A stretch of 64,000 nucleotides of DNA. Source: Nitrospirota bacterium. Its GTDB lineage: Bacteria; Nitrospirota; UBA9217. The position numbers and the translations under genes are program-made. Positions 29,912 through 41,479 of the stretch are shown here, in pieces. The notes under the pieces are model-generated. The model saw only the letters and a list, made by a program, of their open reading frames with translations, was not told the origin of the DNA and did not search any database. The stretch covers positions 800,001-864,000 of the forward strand of contig CAWBNQ010000003.1 in assembly GCA_963790205.1 (NCBI GenBank), in the 5' to 3' direction. How positions within the stretch are numbered: position 1 is the first letter of the stretch; every line of letters begins with the position of its first letter.

Positions 29912-29987
29912 GCGGGCGTAGCTCAGCTGGTAGAGTGCAAGCTTCCCAAGCTTGATGTCGCGGGTTCGAGCCCCGTCGCCCGCTCCA
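29912..29987 (+). tRNA. tRNA-Gly (CCC)
   Basis: 76-nt cloverleaf GCGGGCG...CGCCCGCTCCA; anticodon loop TTCCCAA; GGTTCGA T-arm. Confidence 0.97.
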
Positions 29988-30090
29988 TGTTCTCCACATT
30001 AAGACACATTAAGATTAAGAATGGTTCGGCGCTCATTTCAGACCCCTTCCTGCAAAACCAGGGAGGGGTTTCTTGTCTAAGGAGGCGGCA

Positions 30091-30756
30091 ATGTCAAGAT
30101 CGTACTTTGCGGCGCTCGGCAGCGTGATGGTTTCTGTTATTTTTCTTGTTTCTCATATTGCACGGGCTGAGGACGGCCTCACGGTCGCTGATTTTTCTTC
30201 GGCTGCAGCCGGGAGCGGGGTGCCCGCGGGGTGGGAGCTCAAGGAGAAGTCCGGCAAGGCGGATTTCGCGGTCGTCAAGGACGGCGACATATCAGCTGTT
30301 CGGTTCCGGAGCAGCAATACCTCCTTCTCCCTTCAAAAAGAAGTGAAGGTGGACCTCAAGCAGTTCCCGGTGCTCGCCTGGAAATGGAAGGTGACGAAGC
30401 TGCCCGTGGGTGGCGATTTCAGAAAATCGAAGACCGACGACCAGGCAGCCCAGCTCTTCGTGGCATTCACCAGGACCAAATCCATCGTGTACATCTGGGA
30501 CACGAGCGCTCCGCAGGGGCTCATGGAAGACACGACGCCGGTCCCCTTCATGCACGTCAAGGTAGTGGTGGTGCGCTCCGGTCCGGCTGACATGGGAACA
30601 TGGAGAAGCGAGAGCCGGAACGTGTATGCGGATTACAAGAAGCTTTACGGATCGGAACCGCCGCCGGTGTCCGGGATGAGGCTCCAGATCAATTCACAGC
30701 ACACCGGGACCTCGGCCGAGAGTTATTTCGCGGATGTGGCTTTTAAAAAGCAATAA
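30091..30756 (+). CDS. DUF3047-like exported protein
   Basis: Signal peptide; L.WKWKV, DD.AA.L.V.F, YIWD, W..E.RNV..DY motifs. Confidence 0.8.
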   Translation: MSRSYFAALGSVMVSVIFLVSHIARAEDGLTVADFSSAAAGSGVPAGWELKEKSGKADFAVVKDGDISAVRFRSSNTSFSLQKEVKVDLKQFPVLAWKWKVTKLPVGGDFRKSKTDDQAAQLFVAFTRTKSIVYIWDTSAPQGLMEDTTPVPFMHVKVVVVRSGPADMGTWRSESRNVYADYKKLYGSEPPPVSGMRLQINSQHTGTSAESYFADVAFKKQ

Positions 30757-30907
30757 CAGATTAACAAACAAAAATTTGCCACAGAGGCACTGAGATACAG
30801 AGTAAGACTTCTTGAAAAGATAAGTTTTATTCTCTGACTCTGTGGTGAAGCACAGTTTTATCCATGGGCATCACTCCTGAGAACAAGACAGGTAAAGCGA
30901 ACGTCTG

Positions 30908-31426
30908 ATGTCGAAAGTCTACTTTATCACCGGCGGGGCGCGGTCGGGAAAATCCGCCTTTGCTGAGAAACTGGCAAAGGACCTTGCCGGCAAGCGGGCA
31001 TACATCGCCACGGCGCAGGCGCTCGATCCTGAAATGGCCGCGAAGATCGAGAAACACCGCAGGGACCGCGACAACGTATGGGATACCTACGAAGAACCTC
31101 TTGCGGTCGCCGAGCTGCTGCGGAAGCTTTCAAGCGGGTATCAGGTGGTCCTGCTCGATTGTCTCACGCTCTGGCTGAGCAACGTCATGGCCCATACCAA
31201 CGGGGACGATGCGGTGACGGCGCGTTCCCGGGAACTGGCGGCTGCGATCGCAGACTTCAGCGGTTCCTGCATCGTCGTATCGAACGAAGTGGGGCTCGGG
31301 ATCGTGCCGGACAATCCTCTTGCGAGGAAGTTCAGGGACCTCGCCGGTATGCTCAACCAAAAAATCGCACAGGCCGCGGACGAAGTGTATTTTACGGCAG
31401 CCGGGATCCCGGTGAAGATAAAGTAG
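30908..31426 (+). CDS. cobU: adenosylcobinamide kinase/phosphate guanylyltransferase
   Basis: ITGGARSGKS, YIATA, DCLTLW, VSNEVGLG motifs. Confidence 0.96.
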   Translation: MSKVYFITGGARSGKSAFAEKLAKDLAGKRAYIATAQALDPEMAAKIEKHRRDRDNVWDTYEEPLAVAELLRKLSSGYQVVLLDCLTLWLSNVMAHTNGDDAVTARSRELAAAIADFSGSCIVVSNEVGLGIVPDNPLARKFRDLAGMLNQKIAQAADEVYFTAAGIPVKIK

Positions 31427-31696
31427 AGCTCTTGCTCGGTTACGAATCAAATTCTTGTCAAAATGGAAAATAAAAGTCAGCCACGAAGGCGCTAAGACGC
31501 AAAGTATGGCCTAATTTTAATCAGGAACGCAGCATCTTGATCAATTTCTATTTTCTTTGTGACTTCGCCTGCACCCAGCGGTTACGAGTGGCAGGGTGGC
31601 CTGCTCTTGCGAAGACGCGGCCATAAACGAGTGCGGGTGAGTCTTCGTGGCAAATTCTTGCTTCCGGTTTATCCGGGTTAGGGGAGGGAACAGAAA

Positions 31697-32774
31697 TTGG
31701 GAAAACTGCAAGAGGTAATAAAAAAGATCCAGCCTGTCGACACATCGCGCACGAACGCGATCCAGGCGCAGCTCGATAACCTGACGAAGCCGCAGGGGAG
31801 CCTCGGCCGGCTGGAAGAGCTGGCGAAGAAATACTGCCTGATCACGGGCAAGGACAAGCCCCGCATCGGGAACAAGATCATTTTCACCTTTGCCGGCGAC
31901 CATGGCGTTACGGATGAAGGCGTGAGCGCTTTTCCGAAGGAAGTGACGCCGCAAATGGTCTATCAATTTTATTCGCGGCGGCGCCGCGGTGAACGTGCTC
32001 GCGAAACACGTGGGCGCGCGGGTGATCGTCGTGGACATGGGTGTTGACCACGACTTCGAACCGTCAGAGGGGCTCGAGATCAGAAAGATCGGCCGCGGCA
32101 CGCGCAACATGACCAAGGGACCGGCCATGACTCGCGATGAGGCCGAGCGAGCCGTGCTTGCCGGCGTCGAGCTGGTCGAGAAATACCGGGACGGGCTCGA
32201 CCTTCTTGGGACGGGGGACATGGGCATCGGCAACACAACACCTTCCTCGGCCATCGTGTCCGTCATCACCGGCACGGACCCGGAAAAAGTGACGGGCCGC
32301 GGCACGGGCATCGATGACGAATCGCTCAGGAACAAGGTGGCCATCATCAAAAGGGCGATCGCCGCGAACAACCCCGACCGGACGGACGCCCTCGACGTTC
32401 TTGCCAAGGTCGGCGGGTACGAGATCGCCGGCATTGCCGGCCTCGTGCTCGGCGCCGCGCTCTATAAGATACCGGTCGTGGTCGACGGGTTCATATCGAC
32501 GGCGGGGGCGCTCATCGCCGCGGAGCTGAATCCTCTGGTCAAGGGCTATATCATCGCCGCGCACCAGTCGGTCGAGATCGGCCACCGGAAGATGCTTGAA
32601 CACCTTGAGCAGATGCCTCTTCTGGACCTCAACCTCAGGCTGGGCGAAGGCACGGGGGCAGCCCTCGGCATGTCGCTCGTTGAGGCCGGGGTAAGGATCT
32701 TGACGGAGATGGCGACCTTTGCCGATGCGGGCGTCGCGGAGAAAAATGAGGAGCCCGTGAAGCGCGGGGCGTAA
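31697..32774 (+). CDS. cobT: nicotinate-nucleotide--DMB phosphoribosyltransferase (frameshift near 31965)
   Basis: [32 protein letters not shown] motifs across two ORFs. Confidence 0.93.
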
Positions 32775-32815
32775 GGCGCACGGGGTGGACGGCACGGGAA
32801 CAACGAGGAGGAAAA

Positions 32816-33590
32816 ATGGTCAGAAATTTCATCAACGCTGCGCAGTTTCTCACGATTGCTCCCGTGAGCAAAAAGCATGAGATCGAGGAGGGGAGCCTGG
32901 CGAGGTCCATGGTTTACTTTCCGGTCATCGGTTTTCTGATCGGCTTTCTTCTCGTCTACGCTGACAAGGCGATGACGCTGATCAGCCCTGCCTCAGACCA
33001 TTGCCAATGTCCTGCTTATCGCGCTGTCCGTGCTGGTCACCCGCGCGCTCCACATCGACGGTCTCGCCGACACGCTCGACGGCCTCATGGGCGGTCATGA
33101 CCATTCCTCCCGGCTTGCCATCATGAAGGACAGCAGGCTGGGGACCGCCGGCGCGCTCGGCATCTTCTTCGTCCTGGCCATAAAATACGTTGCTTTCAAC
33201 AACCTGTTCGAAAGCGAGAAGGTCGCGGCGCTCCTGACCGCTCCGGTGCTCGCCCGCTGGTCGCAGACGCTCATGGTCTTCAAGGCGAACTACGGCCGCG
33301 AGGCAGGGATGGGCAAGGCCTTCGTCGGGCATCTGCGGGCAAGCGGGATGGCCGCTGCCTCCGCGCTCGCGATCGGGCTGTCGGCGTTCGTGGTTGTGCG
33401 GCTGGATGTGCTTTCCGTGGTCCTTATAGTCAGCCTGGTGGTCGGCGTGGTGCTCATCACCTTCCTGGGACGATGGTACCTTGTCCGCAAACTCGGCGGG
33501 GTGACGGGAGATGCGATCGGCGCCGTGAGCGAAGTGAATGAAGTGCTGGTGTTTCTCCTGTTTGTGGTATTTTCAAGCGGAAATCAATAG
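32816..33590 (+). CDS. cobS: adenosylcobinamide-GDP ribazoletransferase (frameshift near 32985)
   Basis: FLT, LHIDGLADT.DG, IMKDS, GGVTGD..GA motifs. Confidence 0.93.
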
Positions 33591-33591
33591 C

Positions 33592-34189
33592 ATGTCGGTA
33601 AAAGTATATCTGATGCGCCACGGAGAGGTGACCAACGGCGGTGAGAAACGCTATAACGGGCACATCGATGTGGATATCACGGAGAAGGGCGTGGAACAGA
33701 TGCACCACCTGGCGGGGCTGCTTGCGGGAAAGCCCGTCGCGGCGGTGTATTCCAGCGACCTTATCCGCTCGGTCAGGGGCGCGGAGATCATTGCAAAAAG
33801 CCTCGGCCTGACCTCCACCCCTCTGAGATCGCTCCGGGAACGGAGCGTCGGCGTCTGGGAGGGGCTCACTGCCGGGGAGATCAAGGAGCGCTATCCCGAC
33901 GAATACTCATGCCTGGAGGGCCGACCTTCTCAACTACCGCCCTCCGGGCGGCGAGTGCCTGGTTGACGTCCAGGCGCGGATACTTCCCGCTTACCAACAG
34001 CTTGTGGCCGCCCATCCCGATCAGGAAATAGCCATGCTGCTCCACGGCGGCGTGAACCGGGTCATTCTTGCCGACGCGCTCGGCCTTCCTCCCTTGAACC
34101 TCTTCCGGATCGACCAGTCCTTCGGTGCGCTCAATGTCATCGATCATTACGAGGACGGTATGGCTGTGGTCAAGCTCGTGAACGGGTAA
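33592..34189 (+). CDS. cobC: alpha-ribazole phosphatase, histidine phosphatase family (frameshift near 33910)
   Basis: RHGE, SSDL.R, HGGVNR motifs; operon context. Confidence 0.85.
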
Positions 34190-34242
34190 ACAACCGAAAA
34201 GCTGTTGACTTTGGCCTCGTCATGCCGTATTCTAGAACATAA

Positions 34243-34326
34243 AGCTGGGGGAGCCGCATGGCTGAGAGTCCTTCGGGACGACCCTTGGAACCTGATCCGG
34301 GTAGTGCCGGCGTAGGGAAGGCGTGT
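34243..34326 (+). promoter_or_regulatory. TPP riboswitch
   Basis: gggg...gctgaga...accc...gaacctgatccgggtagtgccggcgtagggaa upstream of thiS. Confidence 0.96.
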
Positions 34327-34401
34327 AGATCAATTCTTTTATAACCTTTCGAGCCGTATCCTTCCGGATACGGTTTTTTGTTTAAAGATAAGGACCCGGG
34401 C

Positions 34402-34617
34402 ATGCTGATCTCATTGAATGGCGAAAAAAAAACAGTGCCTGATGACTTGACAATCATCGCATTGCTTGAGCATCTAAAGATTCAACCGCAGCGTGTCGCC
34501 GTTGAGTTGAATCTGGACATCGTGAAGAAGGACAATTACGCCGCGACGGTCGTAAGGGACGGTGACAGTCTGGAAGTGGTGAGCTTCATGGGAGGGGGAG
34601 AATGTAGTCCGGAGTAG
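34402..34617 (+). CDS. thiS: sulfur carrier ThiS (GG followed by a short extension)
   Basis: [22 protein letters not shown] motifs. Confidence 0.93.
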   Translation: MLISLNGEKKTVPDDLTIIALLEHLKIQPQRVAVELNLDIVKKDNYAATVVRDGDSLEVVSFMGGGECSPE

Positions 34618-34672
34618 GGAGTTCGGAGTTCGAAGTAAAGCGAAACGGGAATACTCAAGGAGTAAGTACATT

Positions 34673-35453
34673 ATGAACGATGACAAGCTGGTAATTGCGG
34701 GAATCGAATTTCAGTCCCGGCTCTGGGTGGGCACGGGAAAGTACAAGGACTTTGCTGAGACGCAGACAGGCCATTGAGGCCTCAGGCACGGACGTGGTGA
34801 CCGTGTCCGTCCGGCGCGTGAACATTATCGACAAGTCCAAGGAAAACCTGCTCGACTATATCGACCCGAAAAAGTACAAGATCCTCCCGAACACCGCAGG
34901 CTGTTACAATGCCAAGGACGCGATCCGGACCGCCATGCTCGCGGCGGAGGCGGGGATCACGAAGCTGGTGAAGCTCGAAGTTCTCGGCGACCAGAAGACC
35001 CTGTACCCGGACAACGAAGCCACGCTCGAGGCCGCGAAAGTGCTGGTGAAGGAAGGGCTTATCGTGCTCCCGTACACGAGCGACGACCCGATCATGGCGA
35101 GGAAGCTTGTGGACATCGGCTGCCCCGCGATCATGCCGCTCGCAGCGCCCATCGGCTCGGGCCTCGGCATCAGGAACCCTTACAATATCCGGATCATCAT
35201 GGAGACCGTAAAGGTCCCTGTTGTGGTGGACGCGGGCGTGGGAACGGCCTCGGACGTGGCGCTGGCCATGGAACTCGGCTGTGACGCGGTTCTCCTGAAC
35301 ACGGCGATCGCCGGCGCCAAGGAGCCGATTGCCATGGCGGAAGCGATGAAGTACGGTGTTCTCGCCGGCCGACTCGCGTATAAGGCCGGACGCATACCGA
35401 GAAAACTTTATGCTACGGCCAGCAGCCCGATCGAGGGGATGCTTGGGAACTGA
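34673..35453 (+). CDS. thiG: thiazole synthase (frameshift near 34760)
   Basis: [31 protein letters not shown] motifs. Confidence 0.95.
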
Positions 35454-35471
35454 GTGATTCAATATTCGTTA

Positions 35472-35586
35472 TTCGTCGTCTCCGCATGCTCCTATCGGGG
35501 ACCCAGGGACGTTGATTCTGGCGCCTCTGGATTCCCGCGAGGACCATGCGGAAATGACTGATGGGGCTAAACACTGCGGAATGACC
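35472..35586. repeat. REP/RPE-like palindromic element
   Basis: gtcgtctccgcatg...ggggacccag...ctggattcccg...catgcggaaatgac inverted arms. Confidence 0.6.
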
Positions 35587-35599
35587 AACGGTTCTTGCA

Positions 35600-36256
35600 A
35601 TGGCTATTGACTTCAAACTCTATCTCATCACGGACCGGAAACAGACGAAGGTCCCGCTTTCCGAAGCAGTCCGGCTGGCTCTCCAGGGCGGTGTTCGGGC
35701 GATCCAGCTTCGGGAAAACGACCTGCCGATGAAGGAACTGCTTGCCCTTGCGCATGAACTGAAGACGATGACGAAAGAGTATGACGCAAAGCTTTTCATC
35801 AATGACCACGTTGATGTTGCCGTGGCGGTTGATGCGGACGGCGTTCATCTCGGTCATCAGAGCATGCCGGTGTCGGCGGCCAGGAACATCGTCGGTGGGA
35901 AGATGATGATCGGTGTGTCAACGCACACGCTTGAGGAGGCCCGGGCGGCGGAATCCGCCGGTGCTGATATGGTGACGTTCGGCCCGATCTATGAAACGCC
36001 GTCGAAAGTCCCGTTCGGCGCTCCCGTGGGTCTGGAAGCGCTTAGAACCGTGACAAAAGCCGTCGATATCCCGGTCTTTGCCCTGGGCGGCATCAGGAAC
36101 AGGAATATCGGCTATGTCTTATGGGCCGGCGCATACGGGGTCTCGATGATATCCGCGATTTTCTGCGCGGAGAACATAAAGAAAGCTGCAAAGAACATGA
36201 CTGAAATGGTCCAGATCGTTGACCGGTCGATCTGTGTTCAGTGCGGTCGCCGCTGA
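35600..36256 (+). CDS. thiE: thiamine phosphate synthase
   Basis: LYLITD, IQLRE, ADGVHLG, GVSTH, FALGGI motifs. Confidence 0.95.
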   Translation: MAIDFKLYLITDRKQTKVPLSEAVRLALQGGVRAIQLRENDLPMKELLALAHELKTMTKEYDAKLFINDHVDVAVAVDADGVHLGHQSMPVSAARNIVGGKMMIGVSTHTLEEARAAESAGADMVTFGPIYETPSKVPFGAPVGLEALRTVTKAVDIPVFALGGIRNRNIGYVLWAGAYGVSMISAIFCAENIKKAAKNMTEMVQIVDRSICVQCGRR

Positions 36257-36304
36257 CAGTATGCCGGCGGGATGCCGGGAAGCCGGAACGAATAGAGGTG
36301 CGGC

Positions 36305-37604
36305 ATGACTCAGATACTTGAAGCGCGAAAAGGAAACATCACTCCCGAGATGGAGGCCGTGGCCAGGGCCGAAGGGGTGGGCCTTGACCATGTTATCGAA
36401 GGCGTGGCGAACGGCACCATCGTCATAACGAGAAACGCAGGACATACGTCTATCACCCCGCTCGGCATCGGCCGCGGACTGCGGACGAAGATCAACGCCA
36501 ACATCGGCACGTCCAAGGACCGGATGTCCATCGAGGATGAGATCGAAAAACTGAAGGTCGCCGTGTCCGCCGGGGCCGACGCGGTCATGGATCTTTCGAC
36601 CGGCGGACCGATCATCGAAATTCGGAAGGCGATCCTTCAGCATTCTACGGTCGCCATCGGCACGGTGCCGATCTACCAGGCCGCGGTCGAGACCGTGGAG
36701 CAGGGGCGCCCGATCGTCCAGATGGACCCCGAGACGCTCTTCCGCGTGATCGAAGAACAGGCCGAGGAAGGCGTCGACTTCGTGACCGTGCACTGCGGCG
36801 TTACCATGGCGAGCATAGAACGGCTCAAGCGCCAGGGCAGGATCATGGACGTGGTGAGCCGCGGCGGCGCGTTCCATCTCGAGTGGATCATCTACAACGA
36901 AGCTGAAAATCCGCTTTATACGCACTACGACCGGCTTGTCGAGATCTGCGAAAAAATACGACATGACGCTTTCGCTCGGCGACGGCATGCGGCCGGGGTG
37001 CCTTGCCGATGCAACGGACCGGGCGCAGATCGAGGAACTGATCACGCTCGGCGAACTGCGCGACATTGCCCTTGAGGCCGGCGTGCAGGTGATGATCGAA
37101 GGCCCGGGCCATGTGCCGATCAACCAGGTCGAGACGAACATGAAGATCCAGAAGGAGCTCTGCAAAGGCGCTCCGTTCTACGTGCTGGGGCCGCTCGTGA
37201 CCGACGTGGCGCCGGGCTACGACCATATCACCTCCGCCATCGGCGGCGCGATCGCGGGCGCGGCCGGGGCGGATTTTCTGTGTTACGTCACCCCGTCGGA
37301 GCACCTTCGCCTGCCGGACCTCGAAGACGTGCGCGAGGGAGTGATCGCCTCACGCATCGCCGCCCATGCAGCGGACATTGCCAAGGGCGTGAAGGGCGCG
37401 ATGGACTGGGACAAAGAGATGGCCCGCCGCAGGAAAGCGCTCGACTGGAAAGGCCAGATCGAGCTTTCGATCAATCCTGAACGGGCGCGGAAACTTCGCG
37501 AGTCCAGCATGCCCAAGGAATCCGACGTTTGCACCATGTGCGGCGAGTTCTGTTCCATGAAGGGCGTGAGCCAGTATCTGAAAAAGGAAGTAAAACAGAA
37601 ATGA
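36305..37604 (+). CDS. thiC: phosphomethylpyrimidine synthase (frameshift near 36947)
   Basis: [36 protein letters not shown] motifs. Confidence 0.96.
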
Positions 37605-38476
37605 ACTCAATGCGGAATAAAAAAATAAATACATCGCTGAAGTTTGCAGTTCTGTTCCTGTCAGTATTGTACCTGCCGCAAATCGGCCACGCGGGGACGA
37701 TGCAGCAGCCAAAGATCATCCTGAAGCCGAAAACTCCCGGGCCCGGGGACATCATGGTCGTTACCGTGAAGGGTGTCGACGGGCCGGTGGAAGGAAAATT
37801 CGGGGACAGAAAAATTTATTTTAATCCTGCCAAGGAATCCGTCGAGGCGGTCGTGGGCATCGACCTTTTCACGGAACCGGGCGACTACACGCTCGCACTT
37901 TCGGTAAACGGCGCTGCTCTCATCCGTACGGTGAAGGTCATCAAGAAAAAATATCCCGTGCAGAGACTTACGCTCCCGAAAGACATGGTGGAGCTTTCTC
38001 CTGAGAATGAGGCACGTGCGGAGCGCGAAGAGAAGGAAATCTCCGCGATATGGCCGAATGAGACGGCACGCGACTGGGCCGGAGATTTCGTCAACCCCCG
38101 GCCCGGCAAGATTAGCACACAGTTCGGGGTGCGGAGGATTCTGAACAATATCCCCAAAAGCCCGCACAGCGGCGTGGACGTTGAAGCCGAGGAGGGCGAT
38201 GAAGTGCACGCGCCCAATAACGGCATCGTCGTCATGACGGATACTCTGTTCTATACCGGCAATTCGATCTTCCTTGACCACGGCCAGGGGGTCTATACGA
38301 TGTTCTTCCATCTCTCCAAAATACTCGTAAAGCCCGGCCAGGCGGTCAAGAAGGGCGATGTGATCGGTCTCGTGGGCTCCACGGGACGCTCGACCGGCGC
38401 GCACTTGCACTGGGGCGTACGTGTGCAAGGCGCGCGTGTTGACCCGCTGGAACTGGTCCATCTCAAGCTGGAATAA
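37601..38476 (+). CDS. M23 family metallopeptidase
   Basis: HSGVD and [10 protein letters not shown] motifs. Confidence 0.92.
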   Translation: MNSMRNKKINTSLKFAVLFLSVLYLPQIGHAGTMQQPKIILKPKTPGPGDIMVVTVKGVDGPVEGKFGDRKIYFNPAKESVEAVVGIDLFTEPGDYTLALSVNGAALIRTVKVIKKKYPVQRLTLPKDMVELSPENEARAEREEKEISAIWPNETARDWAGDFVNPRPGKISTQFGVRRILNNIPKSPHSGVDVEAEEGDEVHAPNNGIVVMTDTLFYTGNSIFLDHGQGVYTMFFHLSKILVKPGQAVKKGDVIGLVGSTGRSTGAHLHWGVRVQGARVDPLELVHLKLE

Positions 38477-38562
38477 AGAAAAGTAGGAAGTAGAAAGCAG
38501 GAAGTAAGGGCATTCAGAAGCACCTGTCCCGTTTCTCATTTCACTTTTCATAAGACGCGCAC

Positions 38563-39387
38563 ATGATCAAAGTCCTCTCCATAGCCGGTTCCGACCCTTC
38601 GTCCGGCGCCGGGATCCAGGCCGACCTCAAGACCTTTCAGGCGCTCGGCGCTTTCGGCATGGCCGTACCCGCGGCGCTCACGGCCCAGAACAGCAGGGGA
38701 GTTTTCGGCGTCGCGCCTGTTCCTTCGCGCATGCTTAGGAAGCAGCTTGAGTCGCTGCTCTCCGATATCAAGCCGGCTGCGATAAAGACCGGCATGCTTC
38801 TCACCAGACAGAACGTTGATGTCGTGGCATCTATCGTAAATAAATTTCGAGCAAAGAACCTTGTCGTCGATCCCGTTTTGCGGTCCAGTTCCGGGAAAAA
38901 ACTGCTTGATGCCACAGCTCTTTCATCTCTCAAAAAAAAGATATTTCCCCGTGCCCTCATCATCACTCCCAATATTCCCGAGGCTGAAACGCTCACAGGC
39001 CGTACAATCAAAAGTGAAACTGACATGGATTTCGCCGCAGGCAGGCTGCTCGATCTGGGGCCGTCGTATGTTCTGATCAAGGGCGGACATCGAAACGGGC
39101 CTGCAATTGACACTCTGTATGGGGGTAAAACCGTACTCAGCTTTTCCACAGCCCGAAGAAAAGGCGAGTTTCACGGCACCGGGTGCGTACTTTCTTCGGC
39201 CATCGCGGTGTTTATTGCCCGGGGATTGCCTGTGGAAAAGGCTGTGGAAAAGGCGAAACAATTTGTGGATTCGCTGTTGAAAACCGCGAAGCCGGTGGGA
39301 AGGGAAGGACGAAGTATTTTCAATTTTAAGGAAACGCTCTCCCTCCTAGCCTGCCTTCCAATCGAGAACCTCCCCGCAGTGCGATAA
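38563..39387 (+). CDS. thiD: hydroxymethylpyrimidine/phosphomethylpyrimidine kinase
   Basis: IAGSDPSSGAGIQADLKT, TPNIPEAE, HGTGC motifs; the 3' end may be frameshifted. Confidence 0.94.
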   Translation: MIKVLSIAGSDPSSGAGIQADLKTFQALGAFGMAVPAALTAQNSRGVFGVAPVPSRMLRKQLESLLSDIKPAAIKTGMLLTRQNVDVVASIVNKFRAKNLVVDPVLRSSSGKKLLDATALSSLKKKIFPRALIITPNIPEAETLTGRTIKSETDMDFAAGRLLDLGPSYVLIKGGHRNGPAIDTLYGGKTVLSFSTARRKGEFHGTGCVLSSAIAVFIARGLPVEKAVEKAKQFVDSLLKTAKPVGREGRSIFNFKETLSLLACLPIENLPAVR

Positions 39388-39684
39388 TCAGTAATTACAT
39401 TTACCTTGTCCAGCGCGTAAAATTCTGTTAAAGTCCAAAAGGCTATTCAATATTTTGTGCCCGAATTCAGAGGGCGCTATCCGGACCCACGAATATCGGA
39501 TTTCCGGTGCTGTCGGAGCAGATTCCATTCAGCTAATTTGGTTAGTCAACAAAAAATCGTTGGATGAATATGCATCATCATAATCATAACCCCGATAGCT
39601 TTCATGTATCGTTTCTGATTGCGATGACGCTGAGTTCTCTGCGGCGAATTTTTACAATACGGGTCCATTGCATAGGGGGAAGAC

Positions 39685-40392
39685 ATGCGCGTTGACGGCA
39701 GGAAAGCGGACGAACTCCGCAGGATCAAGATCACCCGGAACTATCTTAAGAACGTCGAAGGCTCGGCCCTGATCGAGATGGGCGACACCAAGGTGCTCTG
39801 CGCGGCCACGGTCGAAAATTCCGTGCCGCCGTTCCTCAGGGGCAAGGGAACGGGCTGGGTGACTGCGGAGTATGCCATGCTCCCGCGTTCGTCCGCACAG
39901 CGGATATCGCGCGAGCGTAACAAGGTGGGCGGGCGGACGCACGAGATCCAGCGGCTCATCGGCAGGTCGCTTCGTTCGGTCGTCGATATGGCCGCTCTCG
40001 GCGAGCGCTCGGTATTGATCGACTGCGACGTGGTGCAGGCCGATGGCGGCACACGCACGGCATCGATAACCGGCGCCTACATTGCGCTTGTGGACGCGCT
40101 CCGGTTTGTCGCTCAAGAGGGCCGGATCGATACCATTCCGGTCACGGACTACCTTGCAGCCGTAAGCGTCGGAATCCTCGGGGGGAAACCGATGCTCGAT
40201 CTTTGCTACGCGGAAGATTCAGCGGCTGAGGTGGATATGAACCTCGTGATGACCGGCGCGGGCACGATCGTTGAAGTGCAGGGAACGGCGGAGGGAGAAC
40301 CCTTCTCCAAAGACGAACTCGGCAAGCTCCTTGCCCTTGGAGAGAGGGGGATCAAGGTGCTCATCAAAAAACAGAAAGATCTGCTCAAGTGA
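39685..40392 (+). CDS. rph: ribonuclease PH
   Basis: [35 protein letters not shown] motifs. Confidence 0.98.
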   Translation: MRVDGRKADELRRIKITRNYLKNVEGSALIEMGDTKVLCAATVENSVPPFLRGKGTGWVTAEYAMLPRSSAQRISRERNKVGGRTHEIQRLIGRSLRSVVDMAALGERSVLIDCDVVQADGGTRTASITGAYIALVDALRFVAQEGRIDTIPVTDYLAAVSVGILGGKPMLDLCYAEDSAAEVDMNLVMTGAGTIVEVQGTAEGEPFSKDELGKLLALGERGIKVLIKKQKDLLK

Positions 40393-40955
40393 TTGCCTTT
40401 CTCACTTCCCTCGCCATCGTATTCCTCGCCGAAATGGGCGACAAGACGCAGCTTTTGGCCATGGCCTTTGCCGCGCGCTTTCGCTGGCAGACCGTCCTGT
40501 GGGGTGTGCTTGCGGCGACGGCGGCAAATCATTTTTTTGCCGTTGTCGTCGGGAATTATCTTACGAACATCATTCCTCTTACGTATATCAAGATTGCCGC
40601 GGCAACGTCTTTCATTCTCTTCGGTCTCTGGACCCTTCGGGGCGACGAACTGGGCGGCGAGGACAAGAAATTCAACTTTTCTCCCTTCTGGACGGTGACC
40701 AACGCCTTCTTTCTCGCGGAAATGGGGGACAAGACCCAGCTTGCAACCGTGGCGCTTGCCGCCGAATTTCATACAATCGTGCCCGTATGGGCAGGTACCA
40801 CGACAGGCATGCTGATCGCCGATGCCATAGGGATCATCGCCGGCATCGTTCTGCACAAAAAAATACCGGAAATGCAGATCAAATGGTTCGCGGCCCTCGT
40901 GTTCATCGGGTTCGGCCTCTGGGGTTTGTATGACTGCCGTCCGACGGGCAACTGA
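40389..40955 (+). CDS. TMEM165/GDT1 (UPF0016) Mn/Ca transporter
   Basis: Two AEMGDKTQL motifs. Confidence 0.95.
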   Translation: MIAFLTSLAIVFLAEMGDKTQLLAMAFAARFRWQTVLWGVLAATAANHFFAVVVGNYLTNIIPLTYIKIAAATSFILFGLWTLRGDELGGEDKKFNFSPFWTVTNAFFLAEMGDKTQLATVALAAEFHTIVPVWAGTTTGMLIADAIGIIAGIVLHKKIPEMQIKWFAALVFIGFGLWGLYDCRPTGN

Positions 40956-41079
40956 CAAATCCCGTTCCATTTGACGGCGATTTCAATAGTGCCCCCCTGA
41001 GTCCTCGCGCTGCATTTTACGGCAGGCTGATTTCCGTCAAACCATGAATGGCATGGCGCACCGGGGTTTTGCCGCCTGA

Positions 41080-41320
41080 TCATTTCCGCCCGGACGTTCG
41101 GCCAAGCTCACCGATTTTTTCCAGACATGCCAACGCGGAATAGGTACTCGGCGGGGTCGTACCGAGTCCCGGTTCCGGTCCGAACCCGCCGTTCTCCGGG
41201 ACATAGAGCGATTCGACGAATTGGTACACGCTGTATTTGTTGATTACGTTCAGCGAGGAAAGTTCCGCCAGCGCTTCGACCACCGCTGCCATATCCTGCA
41301 TGTTCGGCAGGGTTGAATAC
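41080..41320 (-). pseudogene. probable C-terminal remnant of a prenyltransferase/squalene-oxidase repeat protein
   Basis: FVESL...GGFG..PG..T....TYSALACL pattern without a convincing N-terminus. Confidence 0.45.
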
Positions 41321-41479
41321 GTGTTATGCTTCAGGGATGGGAATATTTCATGATGGTTTACATGACACAGCGAAAGTCGTGATCTCACGCGCCATATCGC
41401 CTCTGTTTTGCCTTGACAAATTTCTGCCTGCGTCATAGTATTAAACACCTGTTTTAAAATTAAAGGAGAAAATTATATT

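Noticed and set aside
29912..29987. tRNA-Gly as the integration site for the island
   Set aside because: No integrase and no duplicated tRNA 3' end were seen, and the island is more than 4 kb away.
30760..30905. Cobalamin riboswitch upstream of cobU
   Set aside because: No B12-box seen; the hairpin belongs to the cacagag/ctctgtg repeat family.
39540..39570. yybP-ykoY Mn riboswitch upstream of the UPF0016 transporter
   Set aside because: The conserved GGGGAGUAG-type motif is absent and rph lies in between.
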